From the NCBI GenBank assembly GCA_002269645.1, contig NIVC01002003.1, forward strand, positions 62,001 to 126,000: a DNA stretch of 64,000 nt, given 5' to 3'. This stretch comes from Macrostomum lignano. Taxonomy: Eukaryota. The notes beneath the pieces were generated by a model, which had not been told where the DNA came from, made no database searches, and worked only from the letters and a program-made list of their open reading frames with translations. Below, one piece after another: positions 27,300-40,140 of the stretch. The translations under genes were made by a program, and so were the position numbers. Each line of letters begins with the position of its first letter. Position 1 is the stretch's first letter.

Positions 27300-28535
27300 T
27301 CCTCCCAGATCCTCAGTTGCTGGGCCAGCCTCCCAGATCCTCAGTTGCTGGGCCAGCCTCCCAGATCCTCAGTTGCTGGGCCAGCCTCCCAGATCCTCGT
27401 TGCTGGGCCAGCCTCCCAGATCCTCGTTGCTAGGCCAGCCTCCCAGATCCTCGTTGCTAGGCCAGCCTCCCAGATCCTCAGTTGCTGGGCCAGCCTCCCA
27501 GATCCTCGTTGCTAGGCCAGCCTCCCAGATCCTCGTTGCTAGGCCAGCCTCCCAGATCCTCGTTGCTAGGCCAGCCTCCCAGATCCTCAGTTGCTGGGCC
27601 AGCCTGCCAGATCCTCGTTGCTAGGCCAGCCTCCCAGATCCTCGTTGCTAGGCCAGCCTCCCAGATCCTCAGTTGCTAGGCCAGCCTCCCAGATTCTCAG
27701 TTGCTGGGCCAGCCTCCCAGATCCTCAGTTGCTGGGGCAGCCTCCCAGATCCTCAGTTGCTGGGCCAGAGTCCCAAAGTGTCAGTTGCTGGGCCACCAGC
27801 CTCCCAGATCCACAGTTGATGGGCCACCAGCCTCCCAGATCCTCGTTGCTAGGCCAGCCTCCCAGATCCTCGTTGCTAGGCCAGCCTCCCAGATCCTCAG
27901 TTGCTGGGCCAGCCTGCCAGATCCTCGTTGCTAGGCCAGCCTCCCAGATCCTCAGTTGCTAGGCCAGCCTCCCAGATTCTCAGTTGCTGGGCCAGCCTCC
28001 CAGATCCTCAGTTGCTGGGGCAGCCTCCCAGATCCTCAGTTGCTGGGGCAGCCTCCCAGATCCTCAGTTGCTGGGCCAGAGTCCCAAAGTGTCAGTTGCT
28101 GGGCCACCAGCCTCCCAGATCCTCAGTTGCTGGGGCAGCCTCCCAGATCCTCAGTTGCTGGGCCAGAGTCCCAAAGTGTCAGTTGCTGGGCCACCAGCCT
28201 CCCAGATCCTCCGTTGCTGGGCCAGCCTCCCAGATCCTCAGTTGTTGGGCCAGCCTCCCAGATCCTCCGTTACTGGGCCAGCCTCCCAAATCCTCAGTTG
28301 CTGGGCCACCAGCCTCCCTGATCCCCAGTTGCTGGGCCAGCCTCCCAGACTCAGTTGCTAGGCCACCAGCCTCCCAGATCCCCAATTGCTGGGCCAGCCT
28401 CCCAGATCCTCAGTTGCTAGGCCACCAGCCTCCCAGATCCTCAGTTGCTAGGCCACCAGCCTCCCAGATCCTCAGTTGCTGGGCCAGCCTCCCAGATCCC
28501 CAGTTGCTAGGCCACCAGCCTCCCAGATCCTCTGT
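27300..28535. repeat. ~28-bp minisatellite (CCTCCCAGATCCTCAGTTGCTGGGCCAG) upstream of TRNT1
   Basis: About 43 copies; same family as the array at 35513-36238. Confidence 0.95.
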
Positions 28536-28686
28536 TGCTTGGCCTTTTAGGCTTTTGAAAACAGTACTAAACTCAATAAGCTACTATCGTTAGTACGGGT
28601 TAAATATGAATAAAGTCTTAGTTTATGCTTTAAATTTTGCTTCGCTTCATGTCAGTTGATTGACAGCTCACATCAGCAAGCCACAC

Positions 28687-31600
28687 ATGCTGCATCGCTG
28701 CCTCAGCGGTCTCGCCAAACGCTCTATCATACCTCGCCTAGTAGTCATGCAGTTGGACGAAGCCACCTCAGCGACATCCTCATCAAACACTGATGTGAGA
28801 GATCGATTCAAATCGCTGTTCACTCCAAATCTGCAACAATTATCTAGCATATTTGCTAAGCACGGATTCGAACTCCGGCTAGCCGGTGGCGCCGTACGAG
28901 ACTTACTGATGAGTAAGACTCCGCATGATTTGGACTTTGCCACTACCGCCACACCCGAAGAGATGGTCAGTATGTTCAATGCTGAAGGTGTTCGAATGAT
29001 TAATTCTAACGGATTGGCCCATGGCACTGTCACAGCTAGGATTGGAGATGCCGAGAACTTCGAGGTGAGGTTTCTATGGAGATTGAAGTTAGATTTCGTT
29101 CTGGGGGGTATAAGTGAGATCCCGGTTTCTCACTAAGGAGATAGGTGACATTCTACGTTTAGTTATATTATGAGATTCCAGTTTGAGATAATTGGAGATT
29201 CCTGGTTGAGATAATTGAGATTCCGGGTTGGGATAATTAAGATTCCGAGTTGAGATAAGTGAGATTCCGGTTTGATCTAAGTGAGATTCCAGTTTGCGAT
29301 AGTGAGCTTCTGGGTTGAAATAGGTAAGATTCTAGGTTGAAATATGTAAGATTCTGGGTTGAGATAGGTGAGATTCTGGGTTGGGATAGGTGAGTTTCTG
29401 GGTTGAGATAGGTGAGATTCTGGGTTAAGATAGGTGAGATTCTGGGTTGAGATGGTGAGATTCTGGGTTGGGATAGGTGAGATTCTGGGTTGAGATAGGT
29501 GAGATTCTGGGTTGAGATAGGTGAGATTCTGGGTTGAGATAGGTGAAATTCCGGGTTGAGATAGGTGAGATTCTATGTTGAGATAGGTGAGATTCTATGT
29601 TGAGATAGGTGAGATTCTGGGTTGAGATAGGTGAGATTCTGGGTTGAGATAGGCGAGATTCTAGGTTGAGATGGGTTAGATTCCGGTCAACAAGCCAAGC
29701 CATCCCCTCCACCCCAATACCATACAATCGCCAGGTCACCACACTGCGCATCGACCGGGTCACCGACGGTCGCCACGCCATCGTTGAGTTCACTCGCGAT
29801 TGGGCTCTGGACGCTTCACGTCGCGATCTCACCATCAACGCGATGTTTTTAGACTTGGAAGGCCAGCTCTACGACTACTTTAACGGCCGCAACGACTTGG
29901 CAACCCGACGCGTTCGTTTTGTCGGCGATGCCGGCGACAGAATTCGAGAAGATTACCTGCGAATATTGCGCTACTTTCGATTTCACGGCCGAATTGCCGA
30001 GCGACGCTTGATGCCAAGCAGTGTCGCTGATGAGGCTGATAAGGAGACTTTGGCGGCGGTAGCTCAGAATGCGGCTGGACTGGGCGGCATAGCCGGGGAG
30101 AGAATCTGGGTGGAGCTGAAGCAGATCCTTGCAGGTCGGCGACCTGACGATCTCATTGGAGCCATGGCAAGCTGCGGTGTGTGCGCCTTCATTGGCCTAC
30201 CAGCGGAGCCCAATGTTCAAGAGCTCAGCGTCGTTTTAAACCGCCTGCCGCTGACACCGACAATGTCGGAGTATCGACCAGTGCCGGCTGTGTTTCTGGC
30301 GGCACTGCTCAGATCTAATGACGAGTTGGAGACTGCTCATGCCAGACTGAAGTTTTCCAATGAAGAATTGGGCGTGTTGAGGTTTGTGCTGGAGCATCGC
30401 GGGGCTGCGCTGGCTTTGGTTGACAACTCGGTTGAAGAGCAGAGGGATTTTTATCAGGTAGGCGCTGTTTGAAATCGCCCCTCCCCAGCTATCAATAAGA
30501 ATCGCCCCTCAGCCATCAATAAGAATCGACCCTCAGCCATCAATAAGAATCGACCCTCAGCCATCAATAAGAATCGCCCTTCAGCCATCCATAAGAATCG
30601 ACCCTCAGCCATCAATAAGAATCGACCCTCAGCCATCAATAAGAATCGCCCTTCAGCCATCCATAAGAATCGACCCTCAGCCATCAATAAGAATCGACCC
30701 TCGGCCGTCCAAAAAAATCGCCCCTCGGCCATCCATAAGAATCGCCCCTCAGCCATCCATAAGAATCGCCCTTCAGCCATCAATAAGAATCGCCCTTCAG
30801 CCATCCATAAGAATCGCCCCTCAGCCATCCATAAGAATCGCCCTTCAGCCATCCATAAGAATCGCCCCTCGGCCATCCATAAAAATCGCCCCTCGGCCAT
30901 CCATAAGAATCGCCCCTCAGCCATCCATAAGAATCGCCCCTCAGCCATCAATAAAAATCGCCCCTCAGACATCAATAAGAATCGCCCCTCAGCCATCAAT
31001 AAGAATCGCCCCTCAGCCATCAATAAGAATCGCCCCTCAGCCATCAATAAGAATCGCCCCTCAGACATCAATAAGAATCGCCCCTCAGCCATCAATAAGA
31101 ATCGCCCCTCAGCCATCAATAAGAATCGCCCCTCAGCCATCCATAAGAATCGCCCCTCAGCCATCAATAAGAATCGCCCCTCAGCCATCAATAAGAATCG
31201 CCCCTCAGCCATCAATAAGAATCGCCCCTCAGCCATCAATAAGAATCGCCCCTCAGCCATCAATAAGAATCGCCCCTCAGCCATCAATAAGAATCGCCCC
31301 TCAGCCATCAATAAGAATCGCCCCTCAGCCATCAATAAGAATCGCCCCTCAGCCATCAATAAGAATCGCCCCTCAGACATCAATAAGAATCGCCCCTCAG
31401 CCATCAATAAGAATCGCCCCTCAGCCATCAATAAGAATCGCCCCTCAGCCATCAATAAGAATCGCCCCTCAGCCATCCATAAGAATTGCCCCTCAGCCAT
31501 CAATAAGAATCGCCCCTCAGCCATCAATAAGAATCGCCCCTCAGCCATCAATAAGAATCGCCCCTCAGCCATCCATAAGAATTGCCCCTCAGCCATCAAT

Positions 31601-32465
31601 AAGAATCGCCCCTCAGACATCAATAAGAATCGCCCCTCAGCCATCAATAAGAATCGCCCCTCAGCCATCAATAAGAATCGCCCCTCAGCCATCAATAAGA
31701 ATCGCCCCTCAGCCATCAATAAGAATCGCCCTTCAGCCATCCATAAGAATCGCCCCTCAGCCATCAATAAGAATCGCCCCTCAGCCATCAATAAGAATCG
31801 CCCCTCAGCCATCAATAAGAATCGCCCTCAGCCATCAATAAGAATCGCCCCTCAGCCATCAATAAGAATCGCCCCTCAGCCATCAATAAGAATCGCCCCT
31901 CAGCCATCAATAAGAATCGCCCCTCAGCCATCAATAAGAATCGCCCCTCAGCCATCAATAAGAATCGCCCCTCAGCCATCAATAAGAATCGCCCCTCAGC
32001 CATCAATAAGAATCGCCCTTCAGCCATCCATAAGAATCGCCCCCCAAACCGCCGATCCCGCAGGACCTAGCCGCTCTAACCTCGGGCAAAGACCCCCGCA
32101 CCAAGCAGAGAGTAGTTCAGCTGCTGCTGTACACAGGCCAAGCCGCTACCATACTGCCAACCATATCGCAGTGGTGGCCGCCAAAGTTTCCAGTGAACGG
32201 TCACAGCATTTTATCCAATTGGAGATTGTCAATCGCTGGCAAAGGCCCGATTCTCGGCCAGATCATTGATCTGTTGCGATTAGAATGGCGAGACAGTCGC
32301 TACACTGCCGATGAGGCCACGCTATTAAGAGAAGAAGTCCGAGTCCGCGTGCTCACACAGCTGGGTCAGTCAACTGTTAAACGGTCCAACGATTCTTTTG
32401 GCGACGCTACCTGTGGCGCAATTGATAGAAGCGATAAAACAAAGAAGAAAATCAAAAATAAATGA
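28687..32465 (+). CDS. TRNT1: CCA-adding tRNA nucleotidyltransferase (class II), 3 exons, about 500 aa
   Basis: Exons 28687-29064, 29735-30457 and 32064-32465 are all phase 0. Motifs: AGGAVRDLL..DLDFAT, HGT, NFE|VTTLR, RRDLTINAM, RIREDYLRILRYFRF, ERIWVELKQIL, PKFPVNG. Confidence 0.95.
29165..29680. repeat. 22-bp minisatellite (GAGATAGGTGAGATTCTGGGTT) in TRNT1 intron 1
   Basis: About 23 copies, degenerate at the 5' end. Confidence 0.9.
30474..32045. repeat. 24-bp minisatellite (AATAAGAATCGCCCCTCAGCCATC) filling nearly all of TRNT1 intron 2
   Basis: About 65 copies; source of the spurious MAEGRFLL ORFs on the minus strand. Confidence 0.97.
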
Positions 32466-32539
32466 CTTGTGTTTAACAAAGTTGCTGCTTGTTTTGAGGT
32501 GTTATAACGCATTGTAGCATTTAGAATGAGCGATTTTCC

Positions 32540-33300
32540 TAAAACCGCTAGAAAAATCGCACTCAAGATTGCTAGAAACGAAAAATCACCCTCAAGATCG
32601 CCAGAAAAATCGCCCTTAAGATTGCTAGAAAATCGCCCTTAAAATTCCTAGAGACGAAAAATTGCCCTTGAGATTGCTAGAAACAAAAAATCGCCTTTAA
32701 GATCGCTAGAAAAATCGCCCTCAAGATCGCCCTCAAGATTGCTAGAAACGAAAAATCGCCCTCAAGATCGCTAGAAAAATCGCCCTCAAGATCGCTAGAA
32801 AAATCGCCCCAAGATCGCCCTCAAGATTGCTAGAAACGAAAAATCGCCTTTAAGATTGCTAGAAACGAAAAATCGCCCTCAAGATCACTAGAAAAATCGC
32901 CCTCAAGATTGCTAGAAAATCGCCCTCTAGATTGCTTGAAAAATCACCCTCAAGATTGCTAGAAAATCGCCCTTAAAATTCCTAGAGACGAAAAATTGCC
33001 CTTGAGATTGCTAGAAACAAAAAATCGCCTTTAAGATCGCTAGAAAAATCGCCCTCAAGATCGCCCTCAAGATTGCTAGAAACGAAAAATCGCCCTCAAG
33101 ATCGCTAGAAAAATCGCCCTCATGATCGCCCTCAAGATCGCTAGAAAAATCGCCCTCATGATCGCCCTCAAGATTGCTAGAAACAAAAAATCGCCCCGAG
33201 ATGGCCAGAAAGATCGCCCTCAGGATTGCTAGAAAAATCACCCTATTAAATTGAAAGAAAAATCACCCTATTAAATTGAAAGAAAAATCACCCTAAAATT
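32540..33300. repeat. Variable-length repeat (TAGAAAAATCGCCCTCAAGATCGC) just 3' of the TRNT1 stop
   Basis: Seen directly; shares an AATCGCCC(C)TCA core with the intron-2 array. Confidence 0.9.
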
Positions 33301-33939
33301 GCACCAAAGTATTCAGTACTTTGCTGTGCTTTAAAATCAATTCAACCGTTTGTTATTCCTCCTATTTTAAATATACATATATTTTACTTTTAATAAATAA
33401 AATGACTTCAGTGTGTAAGAAAAAAGCTATTTTGCTTATATGAACTGCATTTTAATATAAATAGCTTCGATTTTTTAAACCTCATTGTCGGTCAGTGTTG
33501 CGTCATCCATAATATAAGTATCATTTTCACCGGGCTTATATTTTTCATAGCTGGAGCTGTCAGCTACAGACACAGGGCATATTAAGAAGTCTTAAAGCAG
33601 AAATCTAAAAGCTCCCGGCCTCTTAGCTCGATTAATCAAGCTCTATTAAGATTGTTCGGATTGGAAACCGATTGGGGAGATAATGGGCGAAATGTGTCAG
33701 TCCAGATACCTCAATTCAGACATCCATGCGTGTGTGCCAATTCAATTAACCCCCCCCCCGTTCGATCTTATAATCTTATCTCTGTTTCTCTTTTTTGATC
33801 TTCAGTCTTCTTCCGATGTTTTATGTAGCTAAGCTGTCTGTCTGCCTTAATTGCTCATGTGTATCTCCTAATTTTTTTTCCCCTGCGTCTATACGTATGC
33901 ACTGTATCTTCACAGCGTGCTTGTATCCTAATCTCCAAT

Positions 33940-34840
33940 CTCCATCCCTAATCCTTGTCGCCCCACCCCTAATTTTTCTCCCTAACCCTAATCCTTGTCG
34001 CCCCACCCCTAATTTTTCTCCCTAACCCTAATCCTTGTCGCCCCACCCCTAATTTTTCGCCCTAACCCTAATCCTTGTCGCCCCACCCCTAATTTTTCTC
34101 CCTAACCCTAATCCTTTTCGCCCCACCCCTAATCCTTGTCGCCCCACCCCTAATCCTTTTCGCCCCACCCCTAATCCTTGTCGCCCCACCCCTAATTTTT
34201 CTCCCTAACCCTAATCCTTGTCGCCCCACCCCTAATTTTTCGCCCTAACCCTAATCCTTGTCGCCCTAACCCTAATCCTTGTCGCCCCACCCCTAATTTT
34301 TTGCCCTAACCCTAATCCTTTTCGCCCCACCCCTAATCCTTGTCGCCCCACCCTTAATTTTTTCGCCCTAAACCCTAATCCTTGTCGCCCCACCCCTAAT
34401 TTTTTGCCCTAACCCTAATCCTTGTCGCCCCACCCCTAATTTTTCGCCCTAACCCTAATCCTTGTCGCCCCACCCCTAGTTTTTTCGCCCTAACCCTAAT
34501 CCTTGTCGCCCCACCCCTAGTTTTTTCGCCCTAACCCTAATCCTTGTCGCCCTAACCCTAATCCTTTTCGCCCCACCCCTAATCCTTGTCGCCCCACCCC
34601 TAATTTTTTCGCCCTAAACCCTAATCCTTGTCGCCCCACCCCTAATTTTTTGCCCTAACCCTAATCCTTGTCGCCCCACCCCTAATTTTTCGCCCTAACC
34701 CTAATCCTTGTCGCCCCACCCCTAGTTTTTTCGCCCTAACCCTAATCCTTGTCGCCCCACCCCTAGTTTTTTCGCCCTAACCCTAATCCTTGTCGCCCTA
34801 ACCCTAATCCTTGTCGCCCCACCCCTAATCCTTGTCGCTA
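33940..34840. repeat. ~20/40-bp satellite containing CCCTAACCCTAA (telomere-like) units
   Basis: Unit approx. CCCTAACCCTAATCCTTGTCGCCCCACCCCTAATTTTTCG. Confidence 0.9.
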
Positions 34841-35512
34841 ATCCCTAGTCATTGTCGGTCAATCTCTAATCCTTTACCTTAATCCTTCGCACCGCCGTAC
34901 ACTTGGTGCCTGATCGATCGCTTTAGATTTTTCATTTCATTTCATTAAAGCACGTGTCTTCTAAAAGTGAATAGCAGCTAGTTAACATGCCACTTTTCTA
35001 TGCGTAGCATAAATTATTAACTTGACATTTCACTTCAATTTTAAAAGTACATTATCCTTCAAAATAGTTATTCCCTGGTCGCTCAATCCATCCATCTGAT
35101 TGGCAGATCATCAAATTCCAACCATGTTGTTCAAGCCTCTCTTTCTCTTTCTCTCGTTAATACCGATTTTAAGTCGCGTCAAAGTCATCAAAAATGGATT
35201 GGGAACTACTGTTTTTGAAGTCCCCCCCCCCCTACAGCTGAGAGTTGAGACCTCGGCTGAAGAAGCAATGTTCAATTATAAATTGACGTCAAAAAGATTG
35301 CAATCTAATTCTTTTATACAAATTCCGAGTGCACATTAAATGCAGATATCTTATCGTATGTTACTAAGCGTGAGCTTGTGTTTGATAGTTTGCCCTTTGC
35401 CTTTTCTCAAAAGCGATATCTCTGTCAAAATCGCTTCTTATTAGTGCGTGCACATTTTCTAATTGAATTGAATCTTTTTTTGATTAAAAATAAGTCCTAT
35501 TCATTCATATTC

Positions 35513-36238
35513 TCAGTTGCTGGGCCAGCCTCCCAGATCCTCAGTTGCTGGGCCACCTGCCTCCCAGATCCTCAGTTGCTGGGGCCACCAGCCTCCCAGA
35601 TCCTCAGTTGCTGGGCCACCAGCCTCCCAGATCCTCAGTTGCTGGGGCCACCAGCCTCCTAGATCCTCAGTTGCTGGGCCACCAGCCTCCCAGATCCTCA
35701 GTTGCTGGGGCCACCAGCCTCCCAGATCCTCAGTTGCTGGGGCCACCAGCCTCCTAGATCCTCAGTTGCTGGGCCACCAGCCTCCTAGATCCCCAGTTGC
35801 TAGGCCACCAGCCTCCCAGATCCCCAGTTGCTGGGGCAACCTCCTAGATCCTCAGTTGCTGGGCCAGCCTCCCAGATCCTCAGTTGCTGGGGCAACCTCC
35901 TAGATCCTCAGTTGCTGGGCCACCAGCCTCCCAGATTCTCAGATGCTGGGCCAGCCTCCCAGATCCTCAGTTGCTGGGCCACCAGCCTCCCAGATCCTCA
36001 GTTGCTGGGGCAGCCTCTCTGATCCTCAGTTGCTGGGCCAGTATCCCAGATCCTCAGTTGCTGGGGCAGCCTCCCAGATCATCAGTTGCTAGGCCAGCCT
36101 CCCAGATCATCAGTTGCTAGGCCAGCCTCCCAGATCCTCAGTTGCTGGGCCAGCCTCTCAGAGTGTCAGTTGCTGGGCCAGCCTCCCAGATCCTCAGTTG
36201 CTGGGCCAGTCTTCCAGATCCTCAGTTGCTGGGGCAGC
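35513..36238. repeat. ~28-31-bp minisatellite upstream of TRAPPC2 (same family as 27300-28535)
   Basis: CCTCCCAGATCCTCAGTTGCTGGGCC(ACC)AG units. Confidence 0.95.
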
Positions 36239-36351
36239 TTTTTAAATGTCTTTTTAGCAAGGTAATCACGCTATTAGAAATGTTTCTAACCAGATCTTTA
36301 TATTCCCATTTCAGCAAGGCTCCCATTAATCAACAGTTGCTATCCAAAAGC

Positions 36352-36765
36352 ATGTCTTATTACTTTGTCATCGTGAACCCAAAAGACGAGGCCATCTACG
36401 AGTTGGAGCACTCAGCTTCTAGGACAGGTGACAGAAGAGATGACCACCGACACCTCAATCAGCTGGTTGCCAACTCCGCCTTGGACATTGTCGACGAATC
36501 GCTTTGGTCGTCCAGTTCGATGTACTTGAAAACTGTTGACAAATTCAACGACTTGTTTGTCAGCGCTTTTGTCACGCCGAGCCGGTTGCGGCTGCTGATT
36601 CTGCACGACACCAAAAATGAGGACGGAATCCGGCACTTCTTCTCAGAAATGTTTGAGACCTACGTTAAGCTGGCATTGAATCCGTTTTATCAGCCTCAGT
36701 CACCGATTAAATCTGCGGCATTTGATAGGAAAGCCCAGCAGTTTGCTAGGAAATTTCTCAACTAA
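36352..36765 (+). CDS. TRAPPC2: TRAPP complex subunit 2 (sedlin), 137 aa, no intron in CDS
   Basis: MSYYFVIV...DDHRHLNQLVANSALDIVDE..W....MYLKTVDKFNDLFVSAFVT...NPFYQPQSPIKSAAFDRK matches sedlin over its full length. The longer ORF from 36142 merely reads in from an upstream minisatellite. Confidence 0.95.
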   Translation: MSYYFVIVNPKDEAIYELEHSASRTGDRRDDHRHLNQLVANSALDIVDESLWSSSSMYLKTVDKFNDLFVSAFVTPSRLRLLILHDTKNEDGIRHFFSEMFETYVKLALNPFYQPQSPIKSAAFDRKAQQFARKFLN

Positions 36766-36944
36766 AAAAACTTGAGTAGCTTTTCTCGTTGGCAAAAAGA
36801 AAAAGTACTTTCTGTTACTTTCTAGTAGTTTTGATTCAGTATTCTATATTATGCGATTTTTGGGGGATCTAGGTCTATAAGACAGAGACAGCTCAGATTT
36901 AGATACATAGATAGGGTCTGGGGAAATCTGGAGGATCTAGATAG

Positions 36945-37563
36945 GAGAATCAGGGGGAATTTAGATAGGAGAATCAGGGGGAATCTAGATAGGAGAATCA
37001 GGGGAATCTAGATAGGAGAATCAGGGGGAATCTAGATAGGAGAATCAGGGGGAATCTAGATAGGAGAATCAGGGGGAATCTAGATAGGAGAATCAGGGGG
37101 AATCTAGATAGGAGAATCAGGGGGAATCTAGATAGGAGAATCAGGGGGAATCTAGATAGGAGAATCAGGGGGAATCTAGATAGGAGAATCAGGGGAATCT
37201 AGATAGGAGAATCAGGGGGAATCTAGATAGGAGAATCAGGGGGAATCTAGATAGGAGAATCAGGGGGAATCTAGATAGGAGAATCAGGGGGAATCTAGAT
37301 AGGAGAATCATAGGGAATCTAGATAGGAGAATCATAGGGAATCTAGATAGGACAATCAGGGGAAATCTAGATAGGAGAATCATAGGGAATCTAGATAGGA
37401 GAATCAGGGGGAATCTAGATAGGAGAATCAGGGGGAATCTAGATAGGAGAATCAGGGGGAATCTAGATAGGAGAATCTGGGGGAATCTAGATAGGAGAAT
37501 CATAGGGAATCTAGATAGGAGAATCATAGGGAATCTAGATAGGACAATCAGGGGAAATCTAGA
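36945..37563. repeat. 24-bp minisatellite (AGATAGGAGAATCAGGGGGAATCT) 3' of TRAPPC2
   Basis: About 25 copies. Confidence 0.95.
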
Positions 37564-38029
37564 GATAATTTTCAATATTTCAGTTTCTAAACTATGCAAA
37601 TAGTAACTTGTAATTTTATTACAAAATTGTTAATATTGTTGTATGTATATACATGTGGGTATATTTATCTATAAAAAATGTTAAAAGTAATTTATGTATT
37701 ATTTAAATATTTAATAAAATCTACGACTATAATTATTTCATTTTGTTTGTATTCATCTTTTTTTCTATTTGTAAAGTCTAATTGATGAGCGTTACACAGT
37801 AGTTGCCTTAGTGTCAGTAACGCACTCTAAGCAATAATTTAGCCCGACCCATCAATTATAAGTCGGCCTTATTAAGGTGAATTCGTATCCAATTACTGGG
37901 TCAATTTTGGGTGTTTGCTTTGCTTTATTATCAGCAATAATTCAAAATATTTTTAGCCAAGTAGAACTCTGAAGGATGATTTGGAGTGTCAATAGTTCTG
38001 GAGAGCTGGTAATTTTTTTATTTTAGCTG

Positions 38030-38520
38030 GAAATCATCAGCTGGTAATTGTTAGCTGGCAATCATTAGCTGGAATCTGAAAATTGTTAATTGGCAATTGT
38101 TAGCTGGCAATCATTAGCTGGCAATCATCAGCTGGAATCTGGAAATTGTTAATTGGCTATTGTTAGCTGGCAATCATTAGCTGGCAATCATCAGCTGGCA
38201 ATTGTTAGCTGGCAATTGTTAGCTGGCAATTGTTAGCTGGCAATCATTAGGTGGCAATCATCAGCTGGCAATCATTAGCTGGCAATCATTAGCTGGCAAT
38301 CATTAGCTGGCAATCATTAGCTGGCAATCATTATCTGGCAATCATTAGCTGGCAATCATTAGCTGGCAATCATCAGCTGGCAATCATTAGCTGGCAATCA
38401 TTAGCTGGCAATCATCAGCTGACAATCCCTAGCTAGAAATTGTTAGCTGGCAATCATTAGCTGGCAATCATTGCTGGCAATCATTAGCTGGCAATCATCA
38501 GCTGGCAGTCATCAGCTGGA
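38030..38520. repeat. 14-bp minisatellite (TTAGCTGGCAATCA)
   Basis: About 33 copies. Confidence 0.92.
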
Positions 38521-39239
38521 AAAGTAGATGAAAAGGCTGTCTTAGGCATCCAGCTGTTACTGTCAGGTAATCCATCAAAATTCTCCTTGAATTAGCTAAA
38601 TTCGGGATATATTTTTCTTCGTGTGTGGCCGTTTATTCTTGACCCTATATTGGTTATGGGAGAGAGAGAAAACAGAACAGATCTTTTCTATTACGAAGTT
38701 GTATCGAAAAAAGCCTCATAGGTCAATGCGGTGCATAGAACAAACAATACACAAAAAATTGATGGTAGTGGGAGGAGGGTGGCTTGAAATTGTTTATCAG
38801 CCTATTATAGAGGCTAAGTATTCTTCTATGACTATAAATATGCCAATGCGCGCGTGCGTGTGTGTGTGTGGCATCTGAGCCTGCGTGATGAAGCGCCTGA
38901 GTCGGTCTGGGCGGTAACTCTGACTTTTTTTCTTCCAAGCCCTGCTAGCTCTCTATCGTATTGTTTGATTGTTGGCCGTGAGCTCCCTGCTGTACTGTGG
39001 GGCTAGAATTGATCGCCGACTATTTAGCTTTTGATAATTGTCGGGCGTCTTTCAAACGGAGGCAAAATAGCAGACGGAAAAGTTGTAGGAATAGTGGAGC
39101 TAATAATAACCACACGTTTTAACTTTAGTGTCATGCGCCTAAAAAACATAATTTAAAATATTTTAAAACAATTTCATTCATTAGCGACTATTAAATGATC
39201 GACTCTCTATGATCCTTGTTTTTTCTTTGAAGTTTTGCA

Positions 39240-40140
39240 TATCAGTAGTTCCCCATTTGATATGTGGTATCTCAGTAATTCCCATTTGATCTGTGGCATC
39301 TCAGTAATTCCCCATTTGATCTGTGGCATCTCAGTAATCCCCCTTTGATGTGTCGCATCTCAGTAATTCCCCTTTGATCTGTGGCATCTAAGTAGTTTCC
39401 CTTTGATATGTGGCATCTCAGTAATTCCCCATTTGATCTGTGGCATCTCAGTATTCCCCTTTGATCTGTGGCATCTCAGTAATCCCCCTTTGATCTGTGG
39501 CATCTCAGTAACTCCCCTTTGATCTGTGGCATCTCAGTAATCCCCCTTTGATGTGTCGCATCTCAGTAATTCCCCTTTGATCTGTGGCATCTAAGTAGTT
39601 TCCCTTTGATATGTGGCATCTCAGTAATCCCCCTTTGATCTGTGGCATCTCAGTAACTCCCCTTTGATCTGTGGCATCTCAGTAATTCCCCATTTGATCT
39701 GTGGCATCTCAGTAATTCTCCTTTGATCTGTGGCATCTCAGTAATTCCCCTTTGATCTGTCGCATCTCAGTAATTCCCCTTTGATATGTGGCATCTCAGT
39801 AACTCCCCTTTGATCTGTGGCATCCCAGTAATTCCCCATTTGATCTTTGGCATCTCAGTAATTCCCCTTTGATGTGTGGCATCTCAGTAATTCCCCTTTG
39901 ATATGTGGCATATTCAGAGTAATGTCTCTTTGATCTGTGGCTTCTCATTAATTCCCCTTTGATCTGTGACATCCCAGTAATTCCCCATTTGATCTGTGGC
40001 ATCTCAGTATTCCCCTTTGATCTGTGGCATCTCAGTAATTCCCCTTTGATATGTGGCATATTCAGAGTAATGTCTCTTTGATCTGTGGCTTCTCAGTAAT
40101 TCCCCATTTGATCTGTGGAATCTCAGTAATTCCCCATTTA
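39240..40140. repeat. 29-30-bp minisatellite (CATCTCAGTAATTCCCCTTTGATCTGTGG)
   Basis: About 30 copies. Confidence 0.95.

Noticed and set aside
30454-32027. 453-aa minus-strand ORF of MAEGRFLL repeats
   Set aside because: It is a translation of a 24-bp intronic minisatellite whose unit length is a multiple of 3 and lacks stops. The region is bounded by TRNT1 splice sites.
36142-36351. N-terminal extension of the 207-aa TRAPPC2 ORF
   Set aside because: It starts at TTG inside a minisatellite. The family-matching start is ATG 36352.
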